64,000 nt of DNA from Spirochaetota bacterium (GCA_026415295.1 JAOAHJ010000031.1:3098-67097); one strand, 5' to 3'. Positions 48,859 to 61,544 are shown, counted from the first letter of the stretch. Notes: generated from the sequence alone by a model not told the origin. Numbers and translations: made by a program.

Positions 48859-49398
48859 ATGGTTGAAAATATTAGAGTTATTAAAAAAGAAAAACAAGAG
48901 TTATTTAATAAATACATTGATATATTTAAAAATAATTCATTTATAATATTTGCTGATTTTGAAAGATTTACAGTGAAAGATTCTACCCAAATGAGAAAAG
49001 AAATAAGAAAATTTGGTGGGAATGTTCTTGTTGTTAAAAATAATATTTTTAGAAAAGCTTTAGAAGCTGAATATGAAAATATTAAAAATGTTGATGAAAA
49101 TATTTTTATTAAAAATACTATAATAGCATATGGCAATGATAATGTTTCAGAAATTACTAAAGCTTTAAAGAATTACTCAAAAAATGGATTTGTAACATTA
49201 AAAGGAGCGATTTACGAAAGAGAATATTTAAATAAAGATAGAGTAAATGCTCTTGCTAATTTACCAACTAGGCAGCAACTTTATGCAATGCTTGCTAATT
49301 TATTAGCGAGCCCTATAGTTAACCTTGCTAGGGATTTAAATGATATAATGGGTAGATTTGCTAGAGTTTTGAATAATGTTGCTGATAAGAAAAAGTAA
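48859..49398 (+). CDS. rplJ: 50S ribosomal protein L10
   Basis: VVKNN and LANLPTRQQL motifs; position in the cluster. Confidence 0.95.
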   Translation: MVENIRVIKKEKQELFNKYIDIFKNNSFIIFADFERFTVKDSTQMRKEIRKFGGNVLVVKNNIFRKALEAEYENIKNVDENIFIKNTIIAYGNDNVSEITKALKNYSKNGFVTLKGAIYEREYLNKDRVNALANLPTRQQLYAMLANLLASPIVNLARDLNDIMGRFARVLNNVADKKK

Positions 49399-49449
49399 TA
49401 TAATATTTTATAAAATAAAAAATTAAAAAAATAATAAAGGGAGATAAAA

Positions 49450-49836
49450 ATGGCAGAAAAAATGACTAAAGAAGTTTTTATTGAGGCTATTAAACAAATG
49501 ACTGTTGTAGAATTAAATGAGCTAGTTAAAGCTATTGAACAAGAATTTGGGGTTTCAGCAGCAGCGCCAATGATGATGGCAGCAGCAGCTCCAACTGTAG
49601 CAGCAACTGAAGCAGCACCAGAAAAAACAGAGTTCGATGTTTATATTAAAAATGTTGGGGATAAGAAAATTGAAGTTATAAAGGTAATTAGACAAATAAC
49701 TAATTTAGGCTTAAAAGAAGCAAAAGATTTAGCTGAAGATTCATCCAAACCTGTTGCAAAAGGTGTATCGAAAGAAGAAGCTCAAAAAATTAAAAAACAA
49801 TTGGAAGAAGCTGGTGCTCAAGTTGAACTTAAATAG
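49450..49836 (+). CDS. rplL: 50S ribosomal protein L7/L12
   Basis: EFGVSAAAP hinge, KIEVIKVIR and LGLKEAK motifs. Confidence 0.98.
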   Translation: MAEKMTKEVFIEAIKQMTVVELNELVKAIEQEFGVSAAAPMMMAAAAPTVAATEAAPEKTEFDVYIKNVGDKKIEVIKVIRQITNLGLKEAKDLAEDSSKPVAKGVSKEEAQKIKKQLEEAGAQVELK

Positions 49837-49859
49837 TTCAATAAATAAAAATTCATATA

Positions 49860-49900
49860 ATTTCTTAGAGGGAGTATTGTTCCCTCTAAGAAATATATTT
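49860..49900 (+). terminator. terminator/attenuator hairpin after rplL
   Basis: Perfect 14-bp stem ATTTCTTAGAGGGA/TCCCTCTAAGAAAT with a 7-nt loop. Confidence 0.85.
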
Positions 49901-50280
49901 ATTTTAAATTCTTTTTTATTTTTTCAGTAAAGTTGTGTGTATTTTAATCTTTTATAATTCTGTTGTTGAGTATTTATTATATAATTTTATTTTTAAAATT
50001 ATATATTTAATATTTATTTATTAATATTAGTAAGAAAGAAGATTAGATGATTCAAAGATTAATATTATCAATTAAAAAATTCACTCAAGAAATATCTTCT
50101 CAAAAATTTATAAAGAAATTTTTTTATATAAAAATTAAAATAAATATAAATTTTATGGTCATAAGAAATTTTTATTATAGATATTTTTATTATTGTAATA
50201 ATTTATCTAATCTGATAATATTATAATATTATCTTTCATTTTTTAAAATAAAATATAAAAAAAATTAAAGGGAGATATAA

Positions 50281-53200
50281 ATGAAGGTGAAATTATCACC
50301 TATGAAAAAAAATCCTGTAAGACATCTTATTGAAAATAAGGGGGAAGAAATTTTTGAATATCCATATCTTTTGGAGCTTCAGAAAAAATCATATGAATTT
50401 TTTTTACAAAGAGATAGAAAGTTAAATAATTTACCTCTTGAAAATCAGGGTCTTGAATATCTCTTTAGAACTATTTTTCCTATTGAATCCCAAACAAGAA
50501 ATATGGTTCTTGAATATGTTGAATATACAATTGGAGAGCCTAAATATACCGAGAATGAAGCTAGAAAAAAGGGGAAAACTTATGCTGTTCCTATAAAAGC
50601 TCGGATTAATTTAGTTTTGAAAGATACTGGAGAGGTTAAAAGTCAAGAAATATATTTTGGTGAATTTCCTTTAATGACTTCAAATGGTACATTTATTATT
50701 AATGGAGCTGAAAGAGTAGTTGTTAGTCAAATTCATAGATCTCCAGGTGTTGTTTTTTCTTACTCAGAGAAAGATTATGAATTTAATGCAAGACTCTCTC
50801 CTGATAAAGGTTCATGGCTTGAGTTTTTGATTGATGAAAAAAAAGAAATAATGCATGTAAGAATTGATAAAAAAAGAAAGATTTTGGTTACCACATTTTT
50901 AAGAGTAATTGGGTTTGAAAATAATGAAAAAATAATAGAAGCCCTTCATGAAGTAAAAGAAGTTGAAGTAAATGAATCCATAGAAAATAGATATTCTGCT
51001 CAAGATGTTATTGTAGAAACAGATTTTGGCCCTGAAAAAATATTAGCTGCAGGGAAAAAAATTTCATTTACAGATATAATGTCTTTGAAAGAATATAATA
51101 TTGAAAAAGTTAAGGTAGTTGAATTAAATTCTGATAAATTTATAAGTTCCGAAGTAATATTAAATACATTACAGAAAGAGACATTTGAAAAGTCAGCAGA
51201 AAATCCATTAAAATCTGAGATGTCTAAAGATGAAGCAATAAATAAAGTATTTAATATAATTAGACCCGGCGAACCTGCATTGATTGAAGCTGCTGAAAAA
51301 GAGATTCTTGATATGTTTTTTGATCCTAAAAGGTATGATCTTGGTAGAGTTGGTAGATTTAAAATAAATAAAAAATATGGTTATGAAGAAAATATTACAA
51401 CTTTAGCTTTAACAAAACAAGATATAATTAATACAATAATTTATTTAGAAAAAATATTTGAAAGAAAATATAAACCAGATGATATTGACCATTTATCAAA
51501 TAGAAGAGTGAGAGGAGTTGGGGAGTTATTTTTAAATCAACTTAAAAAAGCATTTGCTAGAATAGAAAAAGTTGCACTTGAAAGAATGCAAACATGTGAT
51601 CCAGATACTATACAACCTGTTGATATTCTTTCTATTAAACCAATAAGTGCTGTTATTAATGAGTTTTTTGGTACTTCCCAATTATCTCAGTATATGGATC
51701 AAACCAATCCATTAACGGAACTGACTCATAAAAGAAGATTAAATGCTCTTGGTCCAGGTGGTTTATCTAGAGATAGAGCCGGTTTTGCAGTAAGAGATGT
51801 TCATCATTCCCACTACGGTAGAATATGTCCTATTGAAACTCCAGAAGGCCAAAACATAGGTTTGATTGTTTCATTAACAACTTATGGTAGAAAAAATGAT
51901 TATGGTTTTTTAGAGACCCCATATAGAAAAGTTGAAAATGGTGTAGTTACCAATAAAATTGAGTATTTAACTGCTATTGAAGAAGAAAGATATTATATTG
52001 CACAATCACTTGAAGAGATTGATGAAAATGGTAGATTCAAGAATCAATTTGTAAATGCTAGATACAAAGGAGAGTATGTTTCAGTAGAAAGAGACCTTAT
52101 TAATTATATAGATGTTTCTCCAAGACAGGTATTTTCAGTTTCTACCTCATTAATTCCATTTCTTGAACATAATGATGCGAATAGAGCTCTTATGGGTTCT
52201 AACATGCAGAGACAAGCTGTTCCTCTAATTTGTCCAGAATCACCATATATTGGTACTGGATTAGAATATGTAGTTGCTAGAGATTCTGGAGTTATTGTAA
52301 CAGCAAGGAGAAGTGGTGAGGTTATTTATGTTACAAATAGTATAATTAAAATATTACCTGATAATAGAAAAAATGATAAAGATATTGATGTATATGAATT
52401 AATGAAATTTTTTAGAACAAACCAGGATACTGTATATAATCAAAAACCTATTGTAAAAGTTGGTCAAAGAGTATCAGAGGGTGAGGTTATTGCGGATGGA
52501 CCATCTACTCAAAATGGAGAACTTGCCTTAGGTAGAAATCTTAAGGTAGCTTTTATGCCCTGGTATGGTTATAATTTCGAGGATGCTATTGTAATTTCAG
52601 AAAGAGTTGTTAAAGAAGATCTATTAACTTCAATTCATATTAAAGAATTTCAAATAGAAGTAAGAGAAACTAAGCTTGGAAAAGAAAAAATTACAAGAGA
52701 AATTCCAAATGTATCTGAATCTGATATTAAAGATTTAGATGAAGAAGGGATAATTAGAATTGGAGCTAGAGTTGGGTCAAACTCAATATTGGTAGGGAAG
52801 GTTACTCCAAAAGGACATGAAGACCTTACTCCAGAATATAGGCTTGTAAAATCAATATTTGGAGAGAAGGCATCAGATGTTAAAGATACATCTTTAAGAC
52901 TTCCACATGGAGTTGAAGGTAATGTTATAAATGTAATAAGATTAAGAAGATCAGAAGGAGAAGATTTAGAAGCAGGAGTTGAAGAAATAGTAAAAGTTTA
53001 TGTTGCAGTAAAAAGAAAAATATCGGTTGGAGATAAATTATCAGGAAGACATGGTAATAAAGGAGTAATATCAAAAATATTACCAGAACAAGATATGCCA
53101 TTTTTACCAGATGGTACACCAGTTGATATAGTATTAAATCCACTTGGGGTGCCTTCTAGAATGAATCTTGGACAGTTACTTGAAGCAAGTCTTGGGTGGG

Positions 53201-53787
53201 TTTGTGAAAAATTAGGAGTTAAAGTTGCTGTTCCTGTATTCCAATCAGTTTCTTGGGATAAAATTCAGGAAATGTTAAAAGAGTGTAATTTACCAAATAC
53301 TTCTAAAACTATTCTATATAATGGATTAACTGGTGAACCATTTGAACAAGAAGTGATGGTTGGAAATATCTATATATTAAAGTTAACACATATGGTTGAT
53401 GATAAAGTTCATGCAAGATCCACTGGAAACTATTCTTTAGTTACTCAACAACCTTTAGGTGGTAAAGCTCAGTTTGGTGGCCAAAGATTGGGTGAAATGG
53501 AAGTTTGGGCATTGGAAGCATATGGAGCTTCGTATACTTTACATGAATTTTTAACTCAAAAATCAGATGATAGAACAGGACGAAATAATCTTTATCATGC
53601 AATTGTTAAAGGAAAAGTGATTCCACCTCCTGGAGTTCCTGAAGCTTTCAATGTTATGATTCAAGAGTTAAAAGGATTATGTCTCGATATTACTATATAC
53701 GATGAAAATGACAAAATAATTCCATTATTCGAAAAGGATAATGACATAAATGAACAGAAAAAGCAGCAATCTAGTCAAATATTTTAG
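50281..53787 (+). CDS. rpoB: RNA polymerase beta subunit
   Basis: NGAERVVVSQ, Rif cluster, GSNMQRQ, GDKLSGRHGNKG and GGQRLGEME motifs. Confidence 0.99.
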   Translation: MKVKLSPMKKNPVRHLIENKGEEIFEYPYLLELQKKSYEFFLQRDRKLNNLPLENQGLEYLFRTIFPIESQTRNMVLEYVEYTIGEPKYTENEARKKGKTYAVPIKARINLVLKDTGEVKSQEIYFGEFPLMTSNGTFIINGAERVVVSQIHRSPGVVFSYSEKDYEFNARLSPDKGSWLEFLIDEKKEIMHVRIDKKRKILVTTFLRVIGFENNEKIIEALHEVKEVEVNESIENRYSAQDVIVETDFGPEKILAAGKKISFTDIMSLKEYNIEKVKVVELNSDKFISSEVILNTLQKETFEKSAENPLKSEMSKDEAINKVFNIIRPGEPALIEAAEKEILDMFFDPKRYDLGRVGRFKINKKYGYEENITTLALTKQDIINTIIYLEKIFERKYKPDDIDHLSNRRVRGVGELFLNQLKKAFARIEKVALERMQTCDPDTIQPVDILSIKPISAVINEFFGTSQLSQYMDQTNPLTELTHKRRLNALGPGGLSRDRAGFAVRDVHHSHYGRICPIETPEGQNIGLIVSLTTYGRKNDYGFLETPYRKVENGVVTNKIEYLTAIEEERYYIAQSLEEIDENGRFKNQFVNARYKGEYVSVERDLINYIDVSPRQVFSVSTSLIPFLEHNDANRALMGSNMQRQAVPLICPESPYIGTGLEYVVARDSGVIVTARRSGEVIYVTNSIIKILPDNRKNDKDIDVYELMKFFRTNQDTVYNQKPIVKVGQRVSEGEVIADGPSTQNGELALGRNLKVAFMPWYGYNFEDAIVISERVVKEDLLTSIHIKEFQIEVRETKLGKEKITREIPNVSESDIKDLDEEGIIRIGARVGSNSILVGKVTPKGHEDLTPEYRLVKSIFGEKASDVKDTSLRLPHGVEGNVINVIRLRRSEGEDLEAGVEEIVKVYVAVKRKISVGDKLSGRHGNKGVISKILPEQDMPFLPDGTPVDIVLNPLGVPSRMNLGQLLEASLGWVCEKLGVKVAVPVFQSVSWDKIQEMLKECNLPNTSKTILYNGLTGEPFEQEVMVGNIYILKLTHMVDDKVHARSTGNYSLVTQQPLGGKAQFGGQRLGEMEVWALEAYGASYTLHEFLTQKSDDRTGRNNLYHAIVKGKVIPPPGVPEAFNVMIQELKGLCLDITIYDENDKIIPLFEKDNDINEQKKQQSSQIF

Positions 53788-53844
53788 TGATACCTATATC
53801 TTAACTTTATTTATTTAAATTAAATTTTAGGGAAAGGTAAAGAT

Positions 53845-56800
53845 ATGCTTGAGAGAATAGGTAAATTTTCAAAAATTAAAATAAAACTTGCTTCACCAGA
53901 AGTTATAAAAATGCAATCTTATGGTGAAGTTAAAAAACCAGAAACTATTAATTATAGAACACTTAAACCAGAAAAAGATGGTTTATTTTGTGAAAAAATA
54001 TTTGGAACAACTAAAGATTATGAATGTTCGTGTGGGAAGTTTAAAACTCCAAAATATGAAGGAGTTATTTGTGATAGGTGTGGTGTTCAAGTAACAGAAA
54101 GTAAAGTTAGAAGAGAGAGAACAGGACATATTGTTTTAGCAGCACCAGTTGCACATATATGGTATTATAAAAGTTCTCCAGCTAAAATAGCAGTATTATT
54201 AAATATAAAATTGAAGGATTTGCATTCGGTTCTTTTTCATGAAAAATATATTGTGATTGATGCAGGTGATACAGACTTAAAGGAAAAACAGATTTTGGTA
54301 GAACAGGAATATCTAGAAGCAAGAGAGAAATATGGAATCTCTTTTGAAGCTAAAATGGGTGCAGAGGCTATAAAAGAATTATTAAGTAAAATAGATCTTG
54401 ATGATGAAGCATTCTATTTAAGACAAAAGATGATTGAAAAAGGTGAAAAATGCAATAAAAAAATATTTAAACAACTTGAATTGATTGAAGATTTTAGAAG
54501 ATCTGGTAATAGACCAGAATGGATGATATTAGATTATATTCCTGTTATACCACCAGATTTAAGACCTATGGTTCAATTGGATGGTGGAAGATTTGCAACT
54601 TCAGATTTAAATGATTTATATAGAAGATTGATTCATAGAAATAATAGACTAAAGAGATTGATGAAGATGCATGCACCTGAAATAATTATAAAAAATGAAA
54701 AAAGATTATTGCAGGATGCTGTTGATTGTCTATTTGACAATTCTAAAAGAAAGAGAGCTATAAAAGGACCAAGTAATCGACCTCTAAAATCTCTTTCTGA
54801 ATTGTTAAGGGGAAAACAAGGTAGATTTAGGCAAAATCTTTTAGGTAAAAGAGTTGATTATTCAGGAAGATCAGTAATTGTTGTTGGTCCTGAATTGGCT
54901 ATATATCAGGCAGGTGTACCAAGAATTATGGCTTTGGAATTATTTAAACCATTTATAATTCAAAAATTGATGAAAATAAATGGAGCTTCTATCAAAAATG
55001 CTAAAAGATCAATAGAAAAAGGTGAACCTATTGTTTGGGACATTCTAGAAGAAATTGTATATAAACATCCAATAATGCTTAATAGAGCTCCAACATTGCA
55101 CAGATTAGGATTTCAAGCTTTTGAACCCAGGTTAATAGAGGGAAAAGCTATTCAATTACCACCTCTGGTATGTCATGCCTATAATGCAGATTTTGATGGG
55201 GACCAGATGGCTATTCATGTTCCACTCTCATATGAAGCACAAATAGAATGTTGGTTATTACTTTTAGCTGCAAAAAATTTGCTTGATCCTGCAAATGGCA
55301 ATCCTATAGCATGGCCTACAAAAGATATGGTTTTAGGCTTATTTTTACTAACTAAAGAAAATAAAAATATTAAAAGACCAAAAGAGAGATATTTTAATAA
55401 TATCGATGAAATATACTTTGCTCTTGAAAATAAATATATTACTTACCATGAACTTATCAAATATAAATACAAGAATAAATGGATAGAAACAACAGCTGGT
55501 AGAGTTATTTTTAATTCTATTTTACCTCCAGATTTTGAATTTATAAATGAAGCACTCCCTGAAAAGAAATTAAAAAGCCTTGTATTTGAAATATTTAAAA
55601 ATTATGGTACTTATAAGGCTGCCTATACACTTGATAAAATGAAAGAGTTGGGTTTTAAATATTCAACTCTTTTTGGATGTACTATTTCTGCTGCAGATAT
55701 AATTATTCCAGAAGATAAATATTCAATTATAGAAAAAACACAAAAAGAAGTTAACAAACTAAATGAAGCAATGAAAAAAGGTCAAATTACTGATGATGAA
55801 AGATATAATGAGACAGTTAGAAAGTGGTCAGATGCTAAAAAGAAAATTATTAAAAAATTAAGAACTTTAATGGAAGAAACAAGTGGTGGATTCAATCAAT
55901 TAAATATTATTGTAGAATCTGGGGCAAGAGGTTCTATTACTCAAGTAGCACAACTTGCTGGTATGAGGGGAAATATGGCTACCCCTTCTGGAAAGATAAT
56001 AGATATACCAATTAAATCTAATTTTAAGGAAGGTTTAACAGTATTTGAATATTTCATTTCTACACATGGGGCAAGAAAAGGACTTGCAGATACTGCATTA
56101 AAAACTGCAGATGCTGGATATTTAACAAGAAAACTTATTGATATTGCCCAGGATGTAATAATATCTGAGGAAGATTGCGGAACAATAAATGGAATAGTTG
56201 TTGAAGCTCTATATGAGGGGGAAGAATTAAAAGAAAGACTTTCTAATAGAATAACTGGAAGATTTTCTCAAGAAAAGTTATTTCATCCTATTACAAATGA
56301 ACAGATTCTTGATATTAATGAGTATATAACTTATGATAAAGCACAATATATTGAGAATTTAGGTATTAAAAAAGTTAAAATTAGATCAGTGTTAACTTGT
56401 GAGTCTAAAAATGGTATATGTCAAAAATGTTATGGTGAAAATCTTGCTACAAATAAAGTTGTAGATATTGGAGAAGCTGTAGGAATAATAGCAGCACAAT
56501 CGATAGGTCAACCTGGTACTCAACTAACAATGAGAACATTTCATATTGGTGGTATTGCATCAACAACTGCAGCAGAAGGTTTAATACAATATGGAACACC
56601 GGTTTATTTAAATGCTATTAAAGGGACTTATGTTGAAGATAATGATGGAAATTTAATCTTTTTAAGAGATGGTTTAATATCAATTAATTTTATTTATAAA
56701 GATATATCTGAAGAATGTAAAATGGAGATATTTGTAAAAGAGGGAGAAAAAGTAATAAAAGATACTATTATTGGTAAAGATATTAAAGGTAATGATGTAT

Positions 56801-58038
56801 ACGCTGATAATATTGCAAATGTAGCTAAGATTAAAGATAAATTATATCTTATCAGTGAAGATATTGTTGTAAATATTAAATGTGGTTCAAAATTACTTAC
56901 TAAAGAAGGAAATATTTTAGATGCAGGGCAGACATTGATTGAATTTGATTCACATAATGATTTAATAGTAGCTGAAGAGGAAGGAAAAATTAAATTTGTT
57001 GATTTTATTCTTGATGTTAACTATAAATTTAATGAACAAAATCAAATAAGAATATCTCAAATATTAAATGAAAAAAATCAACCAAAAATATTAATTGTAG
57101 ATCCAGAAAATGAGGAAATTGTTAAATTAAACTATTTAGCTTTACCAAATTCTATTGTAACAGTCAAAGATAATGAAAAAGTTAAAAAAGGACAAGTTAT
57201 AATAAAAATTCCAAAAGGTAAAACTACTCAAGTAGATATTGTTTCTGGTTTACCAAGAGTTAACAATCTTTTTGAAGCTAGATCCCCTAAAAATAAAGCT
57301 GTTTTAAGTATAGTAGAAGGAAAAGTTAAGTTTGGAGAAATAAAAAGACTTAAAAGAGTTATTTATGTAGAAGATGAGCTTGGTCATGTTCATGAACATA
57401 AAATACCTGTTAATGCAAATTTAAAAGTTAGGGATGGAGATTATGTTTATGCTGGACAAGAATTATGTGATGGAGAAATAGATCCATTTGATGTTTTACA
57501 GATAAAAGGAATATATGATTTTTCAGCTTTTTTACTTAATGAAATACAAAAAGTATATAGAGGACAAGGTGTAAATATTAATGATAAACATATATCTATT
57601 ATAATAAGACAAATGCTAAGAAAAATTAGAGTAGAAGATGTAGGAGATACATCTTTTGTATTAAAGCAACTTGTTGATAGAGATGAATTTCTTGATGAGA
57701 ATGAGAAAATTGTTGCAAATGGAGGTGTGCCTGCAAAGGGTAGACCTGCATTGCTAGGTATTACAAAAGCTTCTTTAAGTATAAAATCTTTTATTTCTGC
57801 TGCTTCATTTCAAGAAACAACAAGAGTGTTAACTAATGCTGCTATTAGAGGTGAAGAAGATCCTCTAAAGGGATTGAAAGAAAATGTTATAGTTGGTCAA
57901 AGAATACCTGCTGGAACAGGATTTAGAGATTATAGATTTATTAAAATTTATAGAAACTATAAAGGAGATATTGAAGTTAATTTAGATAAAATATTTGAAA
58001 GGAAATCATTTATAGATAGAACAGAAAGAATTTCTTAA
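53845..58038 (+). CDS. rpoC: RNA polymerase beta' subunit
   Basis: Zn-finger, [20 protein letters not shown] and [16 protein letters not shown] motifs. Confidence 0.99.
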   Translation: MLERIGKFSKIKIKLASPEVIKMQSYGEVKKPETINYRTLKPEKDGLFCEKIFGTTKDYECSCGKFKTPKYEGVICDRCGVQVTESKVRRERTGHIVLAAPVAHIWYYKSSPAKIAVLLNIKLKDLHSVLFHEKYIVIDAGDTDLKEKQILVEQEYLEAREKYGISFEAKMGAEAIKELLSKIDLDDEAFYLRQKMIEKGEKCNKKIFKQLELIEDFRRSGNRPEWMILDYIPVIPPDLRPMVQLDGGRFATSDLNDLYRRLIHRNNRLKRLMKMHAPEIIIKNEKRLLQDAVDCLFDNSKRKRAIKGPSNRPLKSLSELLRGKQGRFRQNLLGKRVDYSGRSVIVVGPELAIYQAGVPRIMALELFKPFIIQKLMKINGASIKNAKRSIEKGEPIVWDILEEIVYKHPIMLNRAPTLHRLGFQAFEPRLIEGKAIQLPPLVCHAYNADFDGDQMAIHVPLSYEAQIECWLLLLAAKNLLDPANGNPIAWPTKDMVLGLFLLTKENKNIKRPKERYFNNIDEIYFALENKYITYHELIKYKYKNKWIETTAGRVIFNSILPPDFEFINEALPEKKLKSLVFEIFKNYGTYKAAYTLDKMKELGFKYSTLFGCTISAADIIIPEDKYSIIEKTQKEVNKLNEAMKKGQITDDERYNETVRKWSDAKKKIIKKLRTLMEETSGGFNQLNIIVESGARGSITQVAQLAGMRGNMATPSGKIIDIPIKSNFKEGLTVFEYFISTHGARKGLADTALKTADAGYLTRKLIDIAQDVIISEEDCGTINGIVVEALYEGEELKERLSNRITGRFSQEKLFHPITNEQILDINEYITYDKAQYIENLGIKKVKIRSVLTCESKNGICQKCYGENLATNKVVDIGEAVGIIAAQSIGQPGTQLTMRTFHIGGIASTTAAEGLIQYGTPVYLNAIKGTYVEDNDGNLIFLRDGLISINFIYKDISEECKMEIFVKEGEKVIKDTIIGKDIKGNDVYADNIANVAKIKDKLYLISEDIVVNIKCGSKLLTKEGNILDAGQTLIEFDSHNDLIVAEEEGKIKFVDFILDVNYKFNEQNQIRISQILNEKNQPKILIVDPENEEIVKLNYLALPNSIVTVKDNEKVKKGQVIIKIPKGKTTQVDIVSGLPRVNNLFEARSPKNKAVLSIVEGKVKFGEIKRLKRVIYVEDELGHVHEHKIPVNANLKVRDGDYVYAGQELCDGEIDPFDVLQIKGIYDFSAFLLNEIQKVYRGQGVNINDKHISIIIRQMLRKIRVEDVGDTSFVLKQLVDRDEFLDENEKIVANGGVPAKGRPALLGITKASLSIKSFISAASFQETTRVLTNAAIRGEEDPLKGLKENVIVGQRIPAGTGFRDYRFIKIYRNYKGDIEVNLDKIFERKSFIDRTERIS

Positions 58039-58047
58039 TAAAATTTA

Positions 58048-58075
58048 TTGACATTGAAAAAAAAAATGTTATATA
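58048..58075 (+). promoter_or_regulatory. sigma70 promoter TTGACA-16-(TGn)TATATA for the str operon
   Basis: Perfect -35; TG at 58067-68. Confidence 0.6.
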
Positions 58076-58103
58076 TATATTCCAGATTTATAAAGGAGAA
58101 TGT

Positions 58104-58475
58104 ATGCCTACTATAAACCAATTAGTTAGAGAAGGAAGAAAGAAAGTATTTAAAAAATCTAAATCTCCTGCATTACAGGGGAATCCTCAAAAAAGAGGAG
58201 TGTGTACAAGAGTACAAACTATGACTCCCAAAAAACCAAATTCCGCATTGAGAAAAATAGCTAGAGTTAGATTAGTAAACGGAGTAGAAGTTACAGCATA
58301 TATTCCGGGAGAAGGTCATAATTTACAAGAACATTCTGTTGTATTAATTAGAGGCGGGAGAGTTAAAGATTTGCCTGGTGTTAGATATCATATTATTAGA
58401 GGTACACTTGACTGTCTTGGCGTTGAAAATAGAAAAACATCAAGATCAAAATATGGTGTAAAAAAAGGTAAATAA
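58104..58475 (+). CDS. rpsL: 30S ribosomal protein S12
   Basis: [10 protein letters not shown] and [12 protein letters not shown] motifs. Confidence 0.99.
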   Translation: MPTINQLVREGRKKVFKKSKSPALQGNPQKRGVCTRVQTMTPKKPNSALRKIARVRLVNGVEVTAYIPGEGHNLQEHSVVLIRGGRVKDLPGVRYHIIRGTLDCLGVENRKTSRSKYGVKKGK

Positions 58476-58546
58476 AATATATTTAAATAATAAATAAAAG
58501 TAATTCTATGTTAATTTAAAGATTATTAAAGGAGATTTTAAGATAT

Positions 58547-59017
58547 ATGGGAAGAAAAAAGAAAAGAATTGAAAGGAATATTGGGATAGATTATAAATAT
58601 AATTCAAAAGAAGTTATGAAGTTTATAAACTATGTTATGCTAGAAGGTAAAAAAAATATTGCATACAAAATAGTATATGAGGCTTTCGATATTATTAAAG
58701 AAAAAGTACATGAAGATCCTTTAGTTGTATTTAATAAAGCTATAGAGAATGTTAAGCCTTTAGTAGAAGTAAAATCTAGAAGGATAGGTGGGTCTACATA
58801 CCAAATTCCTGTTGAGGTTCCATCTTATAGACAATTTTTTAAAGCTTGTAATTGGATAATAAATTTTGCTAGAGAAAGAAAAGGCAAATCTATGGCTGAA
58901 AAATTAGCTAATGAATTAATTGATGCATATAATAATGTTGGTTCAGCTGTTAAAAAGAAAGAAGATACTCATAAGATGGCTGAAGCAAATAGAGCTTTTG
59001 CTCATTTAAAGTGGTAA
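58547..59017 (+). CDS. rpsG: 30S ribosomal protein S7
   Basis: VEVKSRRIGGSTYQIP and HKMAEANRAFAH motifs. Confidence 0.99.
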   Translation: MGRKKKRIERNIGIDYKYNSKEVMKFINYVMLEGKKNIAYKIVYEAFDIIKEKVHEDPLVVFNKAIENVKPLVEVKSRRIGGSTYQIPVEVPSYRQFFKACNWIINFARERKGKSMAEKLANELIDAYNNVGSAVKKKEDTHKMAEANRAFAHLKW

Positions 59018-59291
59018 CTAATATTTTTAACAAATAAAATAATTGATTTTATTCGATATATTTGTATTTAAATAGTTAAATTAAAAAATTAAGCTGAAAT
59101 AAAAAATCTCTTAAAAATTTATTTTTCAGCTTTGTAATTCTTAATAAATATATTTAATTATAAATAAATTTTATTCAATTATTTAGCAGTAGTTATCCTC
59201 TAATAAAGTTAAATTTTATTTATTTTTTAGTTTTAATGTTATTAATTTTAAAAATAAAAAGAAGTTGCATATAAATAAGAGAGGGTAAAAG

Positions 59292-61358
59292 ATGAAAGAA
59301 GTTGATATTAAGATGTATAGAAATATTGGTATAATGGCTCATATTGATGCAGGTAAAACTACTACTAGCGAAAGGATACTTTATTATACAGGAAAAACAT
59401 ATAAAATTGGAGAAGTTCATGAAGGTACTACAGAACTTGATTGGATGGAACAGGAAAGAGAGAGAGGTATTACAATAACATCTGCAGCAACAACTACCTT
59501 TTGGCGAGATCATAGAATAAATTTAATAGATACTCCTGGACATGTAGATTTTACAGTAGAAGTAGAAAGATCATTAAGGGTGTTAGATGGAGCAATTGGT
59601 GTATTTTGTGCAGTTGGAGGAGTAGAACCACAATCTGAAACTGTTTGGAGACAGGCTAATAAATATAAGGTCCCTAGGCTTATTTTTGTTAATAAGATGG
59701 ATAGAATTGGTGCTGATTTTTTCAAAGTTGAAAGTGAGATTATTGATAAGCTAAATGGAATACCTTTACCAGTTCAGATTCCTTATGGTAAAGAAAATAA
59801 TTTTAAAGGTGTAATAGATTTAATTAAAATGAAAGCTATCGTTTGGGAGGGAGAGGATTTAGGTGCTAAATATCATGAAGATAAAATCCCTGATGACTTA
59901 ATAGATATTGCTAAACAATATAGAGAAAAATTATTAGAAAGAATTTCAGAAATCGATGATATAATTATGGAAAAATATTTATCTGGAGAGTCTATCAGTG
60001 AAGAAGAAATAAAATCAACTATAAGGAAAGGAACAATTCAGATGAAGTTTTTTCCAATGTTTTGTGGATCTGCGTTTAAAAATAAAGGTGTTCAACCATT
60101 GTTAGATGGTGTTATAGATTATCTACCTTCACCGGTCGATATAGGTAAGATTAAAGGTATTCATCCAAAGACTAGAGATGAGATAGAAAGAGAAAATTCA
60201 GTTAATCAACCTTTTTGTGCATTAGCTTTTAAAATAATGAGTGATCCTTATATTGGTAAATTAACTTTTATAAGAATTTATTCAGGTAGATTAGAGCAAG
60301 GTATGCAAGTTTTTAATTCTACAAAAGAAAAAGATGAAAGAATAGGTAGAATTGTTCTTATGCATGCTAATAAAAGAGAAGAAATATCTTCTGCAAAAGC
60401 TGGAGATATAGTAGGGGTAATAGGATTAAAAAATGTTCAGACAGGTGATACTTTATGTGATAAAAATAACCCTATAATACTTGAATCTATGGATTTCCCT
60501 GAGCCAGTTATTTATATAGCTATTGAACCAAAAACCAAAGCAGATTATGATAAATTAAGTAATGGATTAATAAAATTAGCAGAAGAAGATCCAACATTTA
60601 AAGTTAGAGTCGATCAAGAATCTGGACAAACTATTATTTCTGGGATGGGTGAATTACATCTAGAAATTATTGTAGATAGGTTAAAAAGGGAACATAAGGT
60701 AGAAGCTAATATTGGAAATCCTCAAGTTGCTTATAGGGAAACAATTAAAAGTAGTTCTAAAGTAGAAGGTAAATATATTAAACAATCAGGTGGTAGAGGG
60801 CAATATGGCCATGTTGTACTTGAGGTTGAGCCTCTTGAGAGAGGGAAAGGTTTTGAATTTATAGATAAGATAGTGGGAGGTAGAATACCAAAAGAGTATA
60901 TACCATCAGTTAAAAAAGGTATCGAAGATGCACTTGATAATGGAGTTATTGCTGGTTATCCAGTTACAGACATTAAAGTAACTTTAGTAGATGGTTCTTA
61001 TCATGAAGTTGATTCTTCAGATATGGCTTTTCAAATTGCAGCATCAATAGGTTTTAAGGATGCAGTTAGAAAATCAAATCCGACTATACTTGAACCTATA
61101 ATGGCTTTAGAAGTTATAGTACCTGAAGAATATCTAGGTGATGTTATGGGGGATATAAATGGGCGAAGAGGTAAAATTACTGGAATGAAAGAGTCACAAA
61201 TGGGAAAAATTATAAAAGCTGAGGTTCCTCTAAGTTCAATGTTTGGCTATGCAACTTTATTAAGATCTAAAACTCAAGGTAGGGGTACTTATACTATGCA
61301 ATTTTCACATTATGAAGAATTACCTAAAAATCTACAAGAACAAATATTAAAAAAATAG
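59292..61358 (+). CDS. fusA: elongation factor G
   Basis: [28 protein letters not shown] and [11 protein letters not shown] motifs. Confidence 0.99.
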   Translation: MKEVDIKMYRNIGIMAHIDAGKTTTSERILYYTGKTYKIGEVHEGTTELDWMEQERERGITITSAATTTFWRDHRINLIDTPGHVDFTVEVERSLRVLDGAIGVFCAVGGVEPQSETVWRQANKYKVPRLIFVNKMDRIGADFFKVESEIIDKLNGIPLPVQIPYGKENNFKGVIDLIKMKAIVWEGEDLGAKYHEDKIPDDLIDIAKQYREKLLERISEIDDIIMEKYLSGESISEEEIKSTIRKGTIQMKFFPMFCGSAFKNKGVQPLLDGVIDYLPSPVDIGKIKGIHPKTRDEIERENSVNQPFCALAFKIMSDPYIGKLTFIRIYSGRLEQGMQVFNSTKEKDERIGRIVLMHANKREEISSAKAGDIVGVIGLKNVQTGDTLCDKNNPIILESMDFPEPVIYIAIEPKTKADYDKLSNGLIKLAEEDPTFKVRVDQESGQTIISGMGELHLEIIVDRLKREHKVEANIGNPQVAYRETIKSSSKVEGKYIKQSGGRGQYGHVVLEVEPLERGKGFEFIDKIVGGRIPKEYIPSVKKGIEDALDNGVIAGYPVTDIKVTLVDGSYHEVDSSDMAFQIAASIGFKDAVRKSNPTILEPIMALEVIVPEEYLGDVMGDINGRRGKITGMKESQMGKIIKAEVPLSSMFGYATLLRSKTQGRGTYTMQFSHYEELPKNLQEQILKK

Positions 61359-61544
61359 ATTTCATTAAATTATGACAAATTAGCTAATTTTATTAAATTT
61401 TATTTAATTTAAGTTAATAAAAAAGTTAAAAAAATAAAAAATTAAAATATTTCTTATTTTAATTAATTTAGAAATACTTTTTGCCTTAGAATTTGATAAA
61501 TTTAAATTATTTAATCTAAATTTACTAAATTTTGTAAATTTTTC

